Shown here: positions 54,914 to 64,000 of the stretch, piece after piece
How the letters are laid out: each line of letters opens with the position of its first letter
How positions within the stretch are numbered: the stretch's first letter is position 1
Source: Chlamydia trachomatis
GTDB lineage: Bacteria; Chlamydiota; Chlamydiia; Chlamydiales; 2-12-FULL-49-11
NCBI GenBank assembly: GCA_945862365.1
Contig: CAMAXK010000003.1
Location: forward strand, 45,077-109,076
Direction of reading: 5' to 3'
DNA: 64,000 bases
Translations under genes and position numbers: made by a program
Notes under the pieces: generated by a model
Database searches by the model: none
What the model saw: the letters and a program-made list of their open reading frames with translations, nothing else
Told to the model about the DNA's origin: nothing

Positions 54914-56008
54914 ATGAAGATCAAAATCATCACCTTCACGCTGGCAGTGGTTGCTATTTATATTTTTATTACCAGTCATGCTGAAACAATTATACCAAAA
55001 GTACCCTATAATCAAGGTGTTGAGATAATTAAAGCGATCAAACCTGTTCATATCACAGGCTATAAAGTGTTTAATGCAGGAATTTTGCCTCTTGAAGAAG
55101 GGTATTTGTTTGTTTCTCGTAGACGAGGGGATTCTTTTTTAGACTCTATTTGGAAAAAATATTTTTTACAAAGAAATATTAAAGGTTTAATTATTGGTGA
55201 ACTAGATAAAAATTTTAAAGAAACCAGTCAAAAGAAAACCGAGTATCGCTCTTTAGAAAATCAGAATCAGGGTGAGGTTCAATATATTGATGCAAGGTTA
55301 GTAAAGGTGAAAGAGGATATTTACATGATCTATTGTAGGCAAAAAAATAGCCCTGATCGAATAAACTCCTTTGCCAGCTTATATCTTGCCAAACTTGAAA
55401 AGATAAATAATCTTTGGAACGTTACAACCGATGTTCCTATTTTTTTTGAAGAAGGTGAAGAGTTTTACCAAAAAGGGCTTGTACAAAAGGGATTTGAAAA
55501 AAATTGGATGCCATTTGTTAAAGATGGAGAACTGTTTTTTGTCTACTTAATGGAGCCAGAACATGTGATTTTAAAAACCGATCTTTCTTCTGGGAAAGCT
55601 ACGATAAGCTATAGATCGGGAAATACATTTTTAAGCCAGCTGGGGCAATCTAGGGGGTCAACTCCCCCTGTGTTTGATGAAGAGCTGGGTGAATGGATCA
55701 CCCTTTATCATTATGTTTATCCAACAAATAGAAAAATCACCAATAAAAAGGTGGATGCCTACTTTTTTGAAGGCTATACCTTTTCAAAAGATCCCCCTTA
55801 TAAAGTTTTAAGAAAAAGTAATGGCCCAATTATTGGACAATCTGTCTATAATAATTTTCACAAAATTATCTTTCCAACTACTTTAGTAAGAGAGGGGGAT
55901 GACTATTTGATTTTTTATGGGGATGATGACTCTACAAATAAAATGGCAAGAGTGCCAAGAAACGATCTTATTGCAAGTATGGAAGGAGTAAAAGATTTAG
56001 ATGAGTAA
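54914..56008 (+). CDS. membrane-anchored hypothetical protein, GH130/DUF377-like beta-propeller (paralogue 1)
   Basis: N-terminal TM anchor. Motifs IDARLVKVKEDIYMIYC, FEKNWMPFVKDGELFFVY, RGSTPPVFDEELGEW, GDDYLIFYGDDD. The family assignment is from motif recollection only. Confidence 0.35.
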   Translation: MKIKIITFTLAVVAIYIFITSHAETIIPKVPYNQGVEIIKAIKPVHITGYKVFNAGILPLEEGYLFVSRRRGDSFLDSIWKKYFLQRNIKGLIIGELDKNFKETSQKKTEYRSLENQNQGEVQYIDARLVKVKEDIYMIYCRQKNSPDRINSFASLYLAKLEKINNLWNVTTDVPIFFEEGEEFYQKGLVQKGFEKNWMPFVKDGELFFVYLMEPEHVILKTDLSSGKATISYRSGNTFLSQLGQSRGSTPPVFDEELGEWITLYHYVYPTNRKITNKKVDAYFFEGYTFSKDPPYKVLRKSNGPIIGQSVYNNFHKIIFPTTLVREGDDYLIFYGDDDSTNKMARVPRNDLIASMEGVKDLDE

Positions 56009-57053
56009 GAAATTTTCTTTATTCCTAATAGTATGTGTTGGATTTTATCTAGCATTTATTCACCGATCCCGCGAGCTGCCATTATCGGTGGTTAAAGAGG
56101 GAGTCTCAGTAATAGATGAAATTGTAGATGTTTCTCTCTCTGATTTTAGACCCTATAATCCAGGGGTAATTTTTCTTGGGGATCGCTATTTACTTGTAAC
56201 AAGGGCAAAAGCTAGCAATCTTTGGCAATATTTGAAGCTAAAACTTCAAGGGAAGAGAAGAAATGTGATTATGGTTACCGAACTTGATGAAAATTTTGCG
56301 CAAGTGGAAAAGATGGTTCAGCTTCTACCTCAAAAAGAGGATGGGATGACAAAGGTAACTGATCCAAGACTATTTTGGCATAATGGGGAAATTTACATGA
56401 TTTTTTGTGATCATACCCATGGAGGGAGTGTCCAAACTCTTGCTAAACTACAAAAGAAAGAGGGAGTATGGGAAGCAACAAATATTTTACCCCTTTTTTA
56501 TGAATATTGTTTTTCAAACTATGTAGAAAAAGGGATTGAAAAAAACTGGATGCCTTTTTCAAAAGAGGGTAAATTATATGTAGTTTATTTATTAGAGCCT
56601 GAAAATGTTGTGCTTGAGGTAAATTTGGAAAAGGGAAACTGCATCCTTGTGTCCAAGACAGAAAATGGGCTATTGAACAAATTTTCCCCTCTTCGAGGTG
56701 GAACCCCGCCTGTGTTTGATGAAGAGCTTGGGGAGTATTTAACACTATATCATATCGCATTTGCTGGCCGAAATAGCTTTACAACACTAAAGAAAAATAT
56801 CTATATTTGTGGAGCAGCAACTTTTACAAAAAATGCCCCGTTTATTTTGACAGGAAGAACGATGACCCCGTTTTATCAGAAAAACCTCTATAATAATCGG
56901 GAGAAAATTGTATTTCCGACCGCGCTACTTCGAAAAGGGGATGATTATTTAATGTTTTATGGGGAAGATGATTGTAGAATAAAAGTGGCTAAAATAAATA
57001 GAGCAAAGCTAATTGCGCACATGCAAAGGAGAGAGGATGAAAAAGGTAAATAG
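56001..57053 (+). CDS. membrane-anchored hypothetical protein, GH130/DUF377-like beta-propeller (paralogue 2)
   Basis: 8-nt overlap with paralogue 1. Motifs TDPRLFWHNGEIYMIFC, IEKNWMPFSKEGKLYVVY, RGGTPPVFDEELGEY, GDDYLMFYGEDD. Confidence 0.35.
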   Translation: MSKKFSLFLIVCVGFYLAFIHRSRELPLSVVKEGVSVIDEIVDVSLSDFRPYNPGVIFLGDRYLLVTRAKASNLWQYLKLKLQGKRRNVIMVTELDENFAQVEKMVQLLPQKEDGMTKVTDPRLFWHNGEIYMIFCDHTHGGSVQTLAKLQKKEGVWEATNILPLFYEYCFSNYVEKGIEKNWMPFSKEGKLYVVYLLEPENVVLEVNLEKGNCILVSKTENGLLNKFSPLRGGTPPVFDEELGEYLTLYHIAFAGRNSFTTLKKNIYICGAATFTKNAPFILTGRTMTPFYQKNLYNNREKIVFPTALLRKGDDYLMFYGEDDCRIKVAKINRAKLIAHMQRREDEKGK

Positions 57054-58770
57054 TTTGATGATTGAAACAATCAGAGAGGATGTGCAAAAGGCGTTTGCTA
57101 TAAAAAATGATCACACAACAAAGATGAAGGTGGAGATTGATCCAAGTAAAGATGTGAAGTTTGGAGACTATCAGTGCAGTCTTGCGCTAAAGCTTTCTAA
57201 GGAATTAAATAAATCCCCAAGAGAAATAGCAGAAGCTGCAGCAGAAAAGTTGAAAGAATTAGCAATTTTTGAAAAAATTGAGGTTGCTGGTGCTGGATTT
57301 ATCAATATGACTCTATCTGTTGCCACATTGGAGAAATGGGCAAAAGATTGTTTAGCAGATGATCATCTTTTAGTTCCAAAAGGGGGGGGTGAAAAGGTCA
57401 TTGTAGAATTTTCTTCTCCAAATATTGCAAAAACAATGCATGTAGGGCATCTTCGATCTACTATTATTGGTGAAAGTATTGCAAGGTTGATGGAGTTTTT
57501 GGGTTATGATGTACTTCGCTTAAATCATGTAGGGGATTTTGGTACTCAGTTTGGGATGCTTATCACCTATTTAAAGAAATATAAGCCCGCAGCATTAATG
57601 AAAGAAGCAAAAGCTACCTTGGAAGAATTGGTGCAGTGGTACAAATCTGCCAAATTGAAATTTGATGAAGATCTTGCATTTAAAAAATTATCACAGGAAG
57701 AAGTGGTGAGATTGCAATCAGGGGAAGAAAGCTCAGTTGCCGCATGGAAAAATATTTGTGAGATCTCTAGAAAAGGATTTTCTGAAATTTATGAACTCTT
57801 AGATGTGCACATTGAAGAGAGGGGGGAATCTTTTTATAATCCTATATTGAAGAAAGTTGTGGATGATTTTAAGCAAAAGGGACTTTCAAAGGAAGATAAT
57901 GGGGCAGAATGTGTTTTTATGGAGGGGTTTAAGAACCAAGAAGGAGATCTTTTACCCTTAATTATTCAAAAAAGTGATGGTGGATTTAACTATGCTACTA
58001 CAGATCTTGCAGCCTTTCATTATCGGGTAACCAATGATCAAGCTAAACGAATTATTGTCGTGACAGATCTTGGCCAAAAAACGCATTTTGCGATGGTTTA
58101 TAAAGCAGCCACATTGGTTGGGTATATTGACGAATCCAAAGTGAAGTTTGACCATGTACCATTTGGCTTAGTTTTATCCCCGGATGGTAAAAAATATAAA
58201 ACAAGGTCTGGAGAGACAGAAAAATTATCAGACCTTTTAGACGAGGCAGTGATTAGAGCAAAAGCTCTTCTGGATGAACGCGGAGTGGAAAATAATGATG
58301 AACTTGCTAAAGTGCTTGGGATTTCAGCAGTAAAGTATGCTGACTTATCCTCCAATAGAATCAAAGATTATACCTTTAGTTACGATCGTATGCTTCGTTT
58401 TGAAGGCAACACCGCAGCCTTCATTCTTTATGCCTTTGTAAGAATTCAAGGAATTAAAAGAAAACTTGGAATTTCTATTAAAGATATAGAGAATGAGTCA
58501 GTAATTGTTACTCATCCTACAGAAAGAGCGCTGATTTTACACCTAATGAGATTTGGTGAAATATTACACATGATGAAAGAAGATCTGCTACCAAATCATC
58601 TTACAGATTACCTATTTCACCTAAGCGAGAAGTTCAACGCCTTCTTTAGAGATTGTCAAGTTGTTGATAATCAACATACTAAATCTAGATTGCTTTTGTG
58701 CGAATTGACTGAACGTCACATAAAAACAGGTCTATACTTATTGGGTATAAAGACTATCGACCGTATGTAA
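57037..58770 (+). CDS. argS: arginyl-tRNA synthetase
   Basis: SSPNIAKTMHVGHLRSTIIG (HIGH region) and the C-terminal DALR anticodon-binding-like domain. The ATG at 57037, after AGGAGAGAGG, is preferred over the TTG at 57013. Confidence 0.9.
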   Translation: MKKVNSLMIETIREDVQKAFAIKNDHTTKMKVEIDPSKDVKFGDYQCSLALKLSKELNKSPREIAEAAAEKLKELAIFEKIEVAGAGFINMTLSVATLEKWAKDCLADDHLLVPKGGGEKVIVEFSSPNIAKTMHVGHLRSTIIGESIARLMEFLGYDVLRLNHVGDFGTQFGMLITYLKKYKPAALMKEAKATLEELVQWYKSAKLKFDEDLAFKKLSQEEVVRLQSGEESSVAAWKNICEISRKGFSEIYELLDVHIEERGESFYNPILKKVVDDFKQKGLSKEDNGAECVFMEGFKNQEGDLLPLIIQKSDGGFNYATTDLAAFHYRVTNDQAKRIIVVTDLGQKTHFAMVYKAATLVGYIDESKVKFDHVPFGLVLSPDGKKYKTRSGETEKLSDLLDEAVIRAKALLDERGVENNDELAKVLGISAVKYADLSSNRIKDYTFSYDRMLRFEGNTAAFILYAFVRIQGIKRKLGISIKDIENESVIVTHPTERALILHLMRFGEILHMMKEDLLPNHLTDYLFHLSEKFNAFFRDCQVVDNQHTKSRLLLCELTERHIKTGLYLLGIKTIDRM

Positions 58771-59072
58771 TAATACTACCCCCCTCTTTAATAGTCTTAA
58801 GTCATTTGTGGACAAGATGTTAGATAGTCTATTAATAATAACTTTTAAATTTCATTTAATTATGAGATCATTTATAATTAATGTATAAATATATTATTAA
58901 TTTCATAAGCAAGCGAAGATTACAGGTTTCTTGGGATGTGGATTATCTTAGGCAATTGATGATGAATGTAAACTAATTTCTTCATGCGTTATCCCTGGGA
59001 AGAGTATCTGTCAATTAATGTGATTCAAGATCAAGCAAGATCATTAGATTTACAAAATAAGGGGTAAAGGGT

Positions 59073-61640
59073 CTATTTTTTTCGCAGGATCGAATAGGTA
59101 ACAATAGGGCTTGAAATGCCTTTAAATTGTCTTGGGGGGTTTTCTTTGAACTCTACATGATCTTTTATCGCTTCAAGGGTTTCTTTGGTCACAAGGATCT
59201 CGCGGGCAGCTGCGCCATCGCAAAGACGGGCTGAAAGGTTTACAATATGCCCAAGCACTGTGTAGGAAAGGTGGTTTTCAGCACCCACATTACCAGCAAC
59301 CGCCTCTCCTGTGTGCATTCCAATACCCACTTCAAGCTTACAAAATCCAGAACGAGCTCTTGTTTCATTCCAAAGAAAAAGAGCTTGTTGCATTTCTATT
59401 GCACAAAGGACTGCTTGGAGCTCGTGGAATTCATTATCTAGGGGCGCTCCAAAAAGGGTCATAATTTTATCCCCTTCATATTTGTCAATCACCCCTTCAA
59501 AATCATCGATTACAGCACTTAAAAGAGTTAAACACTCATTAAGCATAATAATTACGTCCTGAGGGTTCATTTTCTCTGTGATTGAAGTAAAGTTTCTAAT
59601 ATCACAAAACATCACCGTAATATTTCGGATTTCTCCGCCAAGCTTGATCCCTTCTTTTACAATTTTGGCAGCAATTTGTTTAGAGACCACTTTATCAAGA
59701 AGGCCGCGTACTTTATTGCCTTCCTGCATCGATTTGATCATAGAAGCAAAAGAGGTGTACAAAGTTCCAATTTCATCGTTTCGTTGCATCACTTTTTGGT
59801 CTAAATGGATATCACTTAAACTTCGGTCAGAAATTCTACCTGTAAGTAGAGCTAGTTCATTGATTGGTTTTGTAATCGCATTTAGAACTTTATTGAGAAT
59901 TAAAATCATAATAATGAGCGCTATAGTGATTAGTATTGCTGAGTGGATGGTTACTTTTTTTGATAAAGCGCTTACATGAGCATTAATAGCATTTATGATA
60001 TCTGATCTACTTTCTTGTTTTTCGATTAATACAATGGTGCCGTCAGTTTCTGTGATATTTCCTAAACGCTTAAAAAACAGTTTATGACCATCTTTTCCTT
60101 CAATTGTCCCCTCATTTTGCGTCAGTAGCAGGCTTTGGTTATAATCTTCACTATCCTTTGAGATGGTAAAAATTTCTCCATTGGTCTTATATAATCGCAT
60201 GTCTTTATCTTTATAAATAAAAACCACCTCATCAGGGGAAACAAGGGCAAGATTAATAAGTATAGGATCTAAAGATACTCCAAGAGTGATAGCGGATACA
60301 TTTGGTGATTTCATTGTCGAATCTAAGTAAGTGATATAGTGTGTGGAAGTTAAATAGGGTTCTTTTAACTTTTCATCGTAAAATATCTTTAAGTTTTTGT
60401 TGATACAAGAGGTAGCTTTTCCATTATCTTTCCCACCAAAAAGAATAAAGCGATCATAAGCGGGGTTTTTTACTTCAAGATTACATTCCCTAGAAACATT
60501 GAGGGGTTCTTTTAGAAATACATCGTTTATAAAAACCCCTTCTGTCACATTGTCATAAAAATTTGCATCACTACCATAAGTTAAATCTAATGCAGTGACA
60601 ATCCCAAGAGGGGATTTATCTGTAAATGGTGTAAAATTAAAAGCCCCTGTTCGAATCAACATGCACATTTCCCAAATCAGTTTTTTTTGCGTAATGCGAT
60701 GTTCAAAATTTCTTCGTGTTGACCAATTACTTTCAGTAAGTACTGATTCATAATTACAAAGTGGTCCAACGCAGTAATTTCTCTGATAGGAGAGATTTGG
60801 CTTAATTTTTTCAAGCGATGTTTTGATAAATAGCTCTTTTTTGGATTTATCAGATAGAATATCCATTAAATCAGGGTGCTCTTTTAACTTTTTAATTGTT
60901 ACAGTGAGCATTGTCTTTAATGAGTTGATCAAAAAATTAAACTCTTCATTAGAATGAATTGTAATTGCTTGATCAAAAAGATGGGTATATATTTTGTTGT
61001 TTTCGATTGTTAGAGCGGAAGGATCAATAGAAACTAGTGCTTTGGCTTCAAATAAAAGCCATTGATCAGTTTTGTCGGCAAGGACAAATTCAGGAAGAAC
61101 TTTATCATTGATGTATTTAAGCATCGATTTGTTCGACCAAAAGGGAACTCCTACACAAACATCCATACTTCCATCATCTTTTCTCGTTGTAAATAAAACA
61201 AGATCTTCAGCAATAGGAATTTTTACATATTTTCGTAAAAAGGGGGAGGACTGCTTAATATAGGCAGAGGGCTTTTCATTGACCTCAATATTTACAAAAT
61301 CAAGCCATGGATAGGTGGCAAGAAGCGCCCCGCTGCTTCCCCAGGAATTAGTTCTTAAAACATATGGAGTGGGTAAAAATCTTTGTCTCCATTGAGAGCT
61401 ATTTCGCATAGAATCATAGGTGTGATAAAGTTTTTCTGCTTGGTCATTAAAGCTTATGCTGAGCGATTTTTTTATATTTTCAAAGTTTATGGTATCAAAC
61501 CGCTTAACTTCTGCAATCAACGTATTTTCTTCTTTGTTTAAATTATAGTTTATTTCAAAGTGGCTGATGATAAAAATGCAGAAAATTGTAAAAAGAAAAA
61601 GGGAAGATACCCAAAGTAAGATTCGTATTCGTAGAGCCAT
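59073..61640 (-). CDS. membrane sensor class III adenylate cyclase
   Basis: TM, ~540-aa extracytoplasmic domain, TM, HAMP-like segment, then a CYCc domain (VMFCDIRNFTS, DKYEGDKIMTLFGAP, GMHTGEAVAGNVG, YTVLGHIVNLSARL). Confidence 0.8.
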   Translation of the reverse strand: MALRIRILLWVSSLFLFTIFCIFIISHFEINYNLNKEENTLIAEVKRFDTINFENIKKSLSISFNDQAEKLYHTYDSMRNSSQWRQRFLPTPYVLRTNSWGSSGALLATYPWLDFVNIEVNEKPSAYIKQSSPFLRKYVKIPIAEDLVLFTTRKDDGSMDVCVGVPFWSNKSMLKYINDKVLPEFVLADKTDQWLLFEAKALVSIDPSALTIENNKIYTHLFDQAITIHSNEEFNFLINSLKTMLTVTIKKLKEHPDLMDILSDKSKKELFIKTSLEKIKPNLSYQRNYCVGPLCNYESVLTESNWSTRRNFEHRITQKKLIWEMCMLIRTGAFNFTPFTDKSPLGIVTALDLTYGSDANFYDNVTEGVFINDVFLKEPLNVSRECNLEVKNPAYDRFILFGGKDNGKATSCINKNLKIFYDEKLKEPYLTSTHYITYLDSTMKSPNVSAITLGVSLDPILINLALVSPDEVVFIYKDKDMRLYKTNGEIFTISKDSEDYNQSLLLTQNEGTIEGKDGHKLFFKRLGNITETDGTIVLIEKQESRSDIINAINAHVSALSKKVTIHSAILITIALIIMILILNKVLNAITKPINELALLTGRISDRSLSDIHLDQKVMQRNDEIGTLYTSFASMIKSMQEGNKVRGLLDKVVSKQIAAKIVKEGIKLGGEIRNITVMFCDIRNFTSITEKMNPQDVIIMLNECLTLLSAVIDDFEGVIDKYEGDKIMTLFGAPLDNEFHELQAVLCAIEMQQALFLWNETRARSGFCKLEVGIGMHTGEAVAGNVGAENHLSYTVLGHIVNLSARLCDGAAAREILVTKETLEAIKDHVEFKENPPRQFKGISSPIVTYSILRKK

Positions 61641-61740
61641 ATCTTCCTAATAACCTATTGGGGGTTTTTACTAAATAGATAAAATCAGAAATGGTTAAAA
61701 AAACATTTATTCTTTACTTATTTTTCCGTATGATAGAATT

Positions 61741-63090
61741 ATGGGCTTAGAATATTTAGAAATTGAAGGTGGACATCCGCTAATTGGCGAAGTTACCGTA
61801 ACTGGTGCTAAAAATGCTGTGACAAAATTAATTGTTGCCTCAATGCTTTCTGATAAAAAGTGCGTTTTTACCAATGTTCCAAATATTTCTGAAGTGGGAG
61901 TGACTCTTGATTTATGTCGCCCGATGGGAATGAAGGCTGTATGGGATAGAGAAAATCATCGCTTGGAAGTAATTACTAAAGAAATTAAAACAACTACCAT
62001 ACCCCATAGTTTTTCAGGAGCAAATAGGATTCCAATTCTTTTAATTGGAGCTTTACTTGCTCGGACAAAAAATGAAATCATTGTTCCAACTGTAGGTGGT
62101 TGCCATATTGGAAAAAGGCCCGTAGATTTTCATATGAAATCGTTAAGTCAACTTGGTGCAACTATTGCGTATAAACGACTTAAAGATGAGAGTTTTTATT
62201 GCGCAAGTGCCAAAGAAGGGCTAATTGGGGAAGTGATAGAGCTTGTTTATCCATCGGTGGGTGCTACAGAAAACACAATTTTGGCTGCCTGTAGAGCTCG
62301 TGGAAGAACGGTGATTAAAAATGCAGCGATGGAATGTGAAATTTTAGATTTGATCCATTTTTTACAAAAATGTGGCGTTTGCATTTATGTTGATGTAGAT
62401 CGAACCATCCATATCGAAGAGACCAAAGAATTTTATCCTTGTGAGCATTATGTAATCCCTGATCGTATTGTTGCCGCCTCTTTTGGAATGGCAGCTATTG
62501 CCACAAAAGGACGGGTGTTTGTAAAAGGGGCTATTCAAGAACATATGGTCACTTTTTTAAACCATATTCGTGAAATTGGCGGATGCTTTTCAGTGGAAAA
62601 AGAGGGGATCGAGTTTTATTATAATGGTCCTTTAAAGGGCGGAGCATTAATTGAAACAGATGTTCATCCAGGGTTTATGACAGATTGGCAGCAGCCCTTT
62701 TGTGTTTTGCTTACTCAAGCAAAGCACTGTTCTGTGGTTCATGAAACAGTCTATGAGTCACGTTTTGGATATATCCATACCTTAAAAGAGATGGGTGCAG
62801 ATGTTGACTTTTTCACCAAATGTTTAGGAAGTAAGCCCTGCCGCTTTGCTTTACAAAATCATAATCATTCAGTGGTTATTAAAGGTGGCGCCCATTTAAA
62901 AGCAGGAGATATTGCCATCCCCGATTTAAGGGCAGGCTTTGCTTATGTAATGGCAGCCCTTATTGCCGATGGGACCTCAAAAATTACCAACCTACATTTT
63001 CTAGACCGGGGATATGAGGATCTTGATATAAAGTTGAAAGCCTTGGGCGCTAAAATTTCAAGAAAGTCCATGGAAGTAGTACTTATTTAA
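61741..63090 (+). CDS. murA: UDP-N-acetylglucosamine 1-carboxyvinyltransferase
   Basis: VTGAKNAVTKL, VGGCHIGKRPVDFH (active-site loop; Cys codon at 62101-62103), DLRAGFAYVMAAL, LDRGYEDLDIKLKALGA. Confidence 0.9.
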   Translation: MGLEYLEIEGGHPLIGEVTVTGAKNAVTKLIVASMLSDKKCVFTNVPNISEVGVTLDLCRPMGMKAVWDRENHRLEVITKEIKTTTIPHSFSGANRIPILLIGALLARTKNEIIVPTVGGCHIGKRPVDFHMKSLSQLGATIAYKRLKDESFYCASAKEGLIGEVIELVYPSVGATENTILAACRARGRTVIKNAAMECEILDLIHFLQKCGVCIYVDVDRTIHIEETKEFYPCEHYVIPDRIVAASFGMAAIATKGRVFVKGAIQEHMVTFLNHIREIGGCFSVEKEGIEFYYNGPLKGGALIETDVHPGFMTDWQQPFCVLLTQAKHCSVVHETVYESRFGYIHTLKEMGADVDFFTKCLGSKPCRFALQNHNHSVVIKGGAHLKAGDIAIPDLRAGFAYVMAALIADGTSKITNLHFLDRGYEDLDIKLKALGAKISRKSMEVVLI

Positions 63091-63126
63091 CTCGGCTTCT
63101 ATTTCCTTTTATGCTATCCTACTTGC

Positions 63127-64000
63127 ATGGAAAAATGGCGGCTTATTCAAAAAAAAGGATTTAATACCACAGCGGAAATCTCAGATTTCTTGTGTTTGGA
63201 TGATGCAAAGAGGAAAAGATTAGTTCAAAGAAAAGAATTTCCTTTACACGTTCCTTTTAGAATTGCTGAAAAAATGACAAAAAATTGTATAGAAAATCCT
63301 TTAGCTCTTCAATTTTTACCTTTGGACATGGAGTTAGATAGAGAATTTGGGGAAACAGATCCTGTAGGGGATGTATTAAGTCAAAAAGGAAAGGCTATTT
63401 TACATAAATATGAAGGAAGAGCCCTACTTCTTACAACAGGTGCCTGTGCAATGCATTGCCGCTACTGTTTTAGGCAAAATTTTTCTTACCAAAGTGAGCT
63501 TGAAGAGGCAATTGCCTATATTGCTAAAAATTCCTCGATTAAAGAAGTTATTTTAAGCGGGGGAGATCCTTTATCTCTATCAGATAAGTCACTAAAGGAA
63601 ATATTTTTAAAATTAGAAGATATTGACCATGTAGAAATTATTCGATTTCATACTCGGTTTTTAATAGGGATTCCAGAAAGAGTAACGTTTCAATTTTTAG
63701 ACATGCTCAAGGTTTCATCTAAACAAATTGTTTTTGTCTTACATGTAAATTGCGCAATGGAGTTAGATAAAGAAATTTTTGATGCGCTATTTAAAATAAA
63801 GTCATTGGGGATCCCGGTTCTTTCTCAAACTGTACTTTTAAAGGGGGTTAATGACACAAAAGAGGCTTTATACGATTTATTTTGGACCCTTGTAACCCAT
63901 GGGGTTGTTCCCTATTATTTGCATAGATTTGATAAGGTAAAGGGAGCTATGCATTTTGATGTTTCCCCTGAAAAAGGATCTTTATTAATAAAGCAATTGC
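63127..64000 (+). CDS. KamA-family radical SAM aminomutase (lysine 2,3-aminomutase / EpmB-like), 3' end outside window
   Basis: Not in the ORF track because it is open at the window edge. My translation from the ATG at 63127 gives MEKWRLIQKKGF...TTGACAMHCRYCFRQ (CxxxCxxC), SGGDPLSLSD, RFHTR, QTVLLKGVND, PYYLHRFD. Confidence 0.8.
   Translation, partial: MEKWRLIQKKGFNTTAEISDFLCLDDAKRKRLVQRKEFPLHVPFRIAEKMTKNCIENPLALQFLPLDMELDREFGETDPVGDVLSQKGKAILHKYEGRALLLTTGACAMHCRYCFRQNFSYQSELEEAIAYIAKNSSIKEVILSGGDPLSLSDKSLKEIFLKLEDIDHVEIIRFHTRFLIGIPERVTFQFLDMLKVSSKQIVFVLHVNCAMELDKEIFDALFKIKSLGIPVLSQTVLLKGVNDTKEALYDLFWTLVTHGVVPYYLHRFDKVKGAMHFDVSPEKGSLLIKQL

Noticed and set aside
57382-57389. G8 homopolymer, a possible slipped-strand phase-variation tract
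   Set aside because: It lies inside essential argS (encoding PKGGGEK). A frameshift would be lethal, so it is most likely just a Gly-Gly-Gly codon run.
58771-59072. 300-bp very AT-rich spacer between convergent argS and the cyclase; looked for an sRNA, gene relic or DnaA boxes (TGTGGATTA, TTATCCCTG)
   Set aside because: It has no convincing hairpin, no ORF longer than ~23 codons with an RBS, and only imperfect boxes. There is nothing I can support beyond its unusual length.
59578-59979. 133-aa plus-strand ORF (and smaller ones at 59247-59562 and 61072-61263)
   Set aside because: These are antisense shadow ORFs inside the adenylate cyclase gene, whose catalytic motifs are unambiguous.

Overview
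AT-rich, gene-dense chromosomal segment. I infer from gene content that it comes from an environmental member of the phylum Chlamydiae. The supporting genes are a TLC-type ATP/ADP translocase, a pGP6-D homologue beside thrS, an RsbU-type PP2C sensor phosphatase, an Inc-like bilobed membrane protein, cysteine-containing MOMP-like porins and recCBD. I call about 55 protein genes and one tRNA-Arg(ACG). I see no rRNA, CRISPR array, transposase or integrase. Most of the window is housekeeping: glk, recA, ung, dapA, thrS, recCBD, ahpC, eno, rsgA, an overlapping sppA-polA-coaE-rho operon, pgsA-like, pgk, engB, tsaE, argS, murA and an epmB-like gene. The parts worth a second look are: (1) six tandem MOMP-like porin paralogues with mosaic DNA identity (1-6558); (2) a 625-aa protein built from about 22 copies of a 25-aa DUF4116-like repeat, with near-identical 75-nt units (28360-30237); (3) a roughly 265-bp MITE-like element with 45-nt inverted arms, whose core recurs about 17 kb away (31632-31897 and 48435-48538); (4) Rho with a roughly 165-aa P/K-rich then N/Q/R/H-rich N-terminal extension; (5) an orphan gmd translationally coupled to two paralogous secreted proteins, next to a GT28-like glycosyltransferase and an Inc-like gene (38.3-42.3 kb); (6) two tandem membrane-anchored GH130-like paralogues (54.9-57.1 kb); (7) a 586-aa hypothetical protein with papain/calpain-like Cys and NxW motifs beside recD. 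All functional calls rest on motifs I read in the supplied translations. No database search was run.
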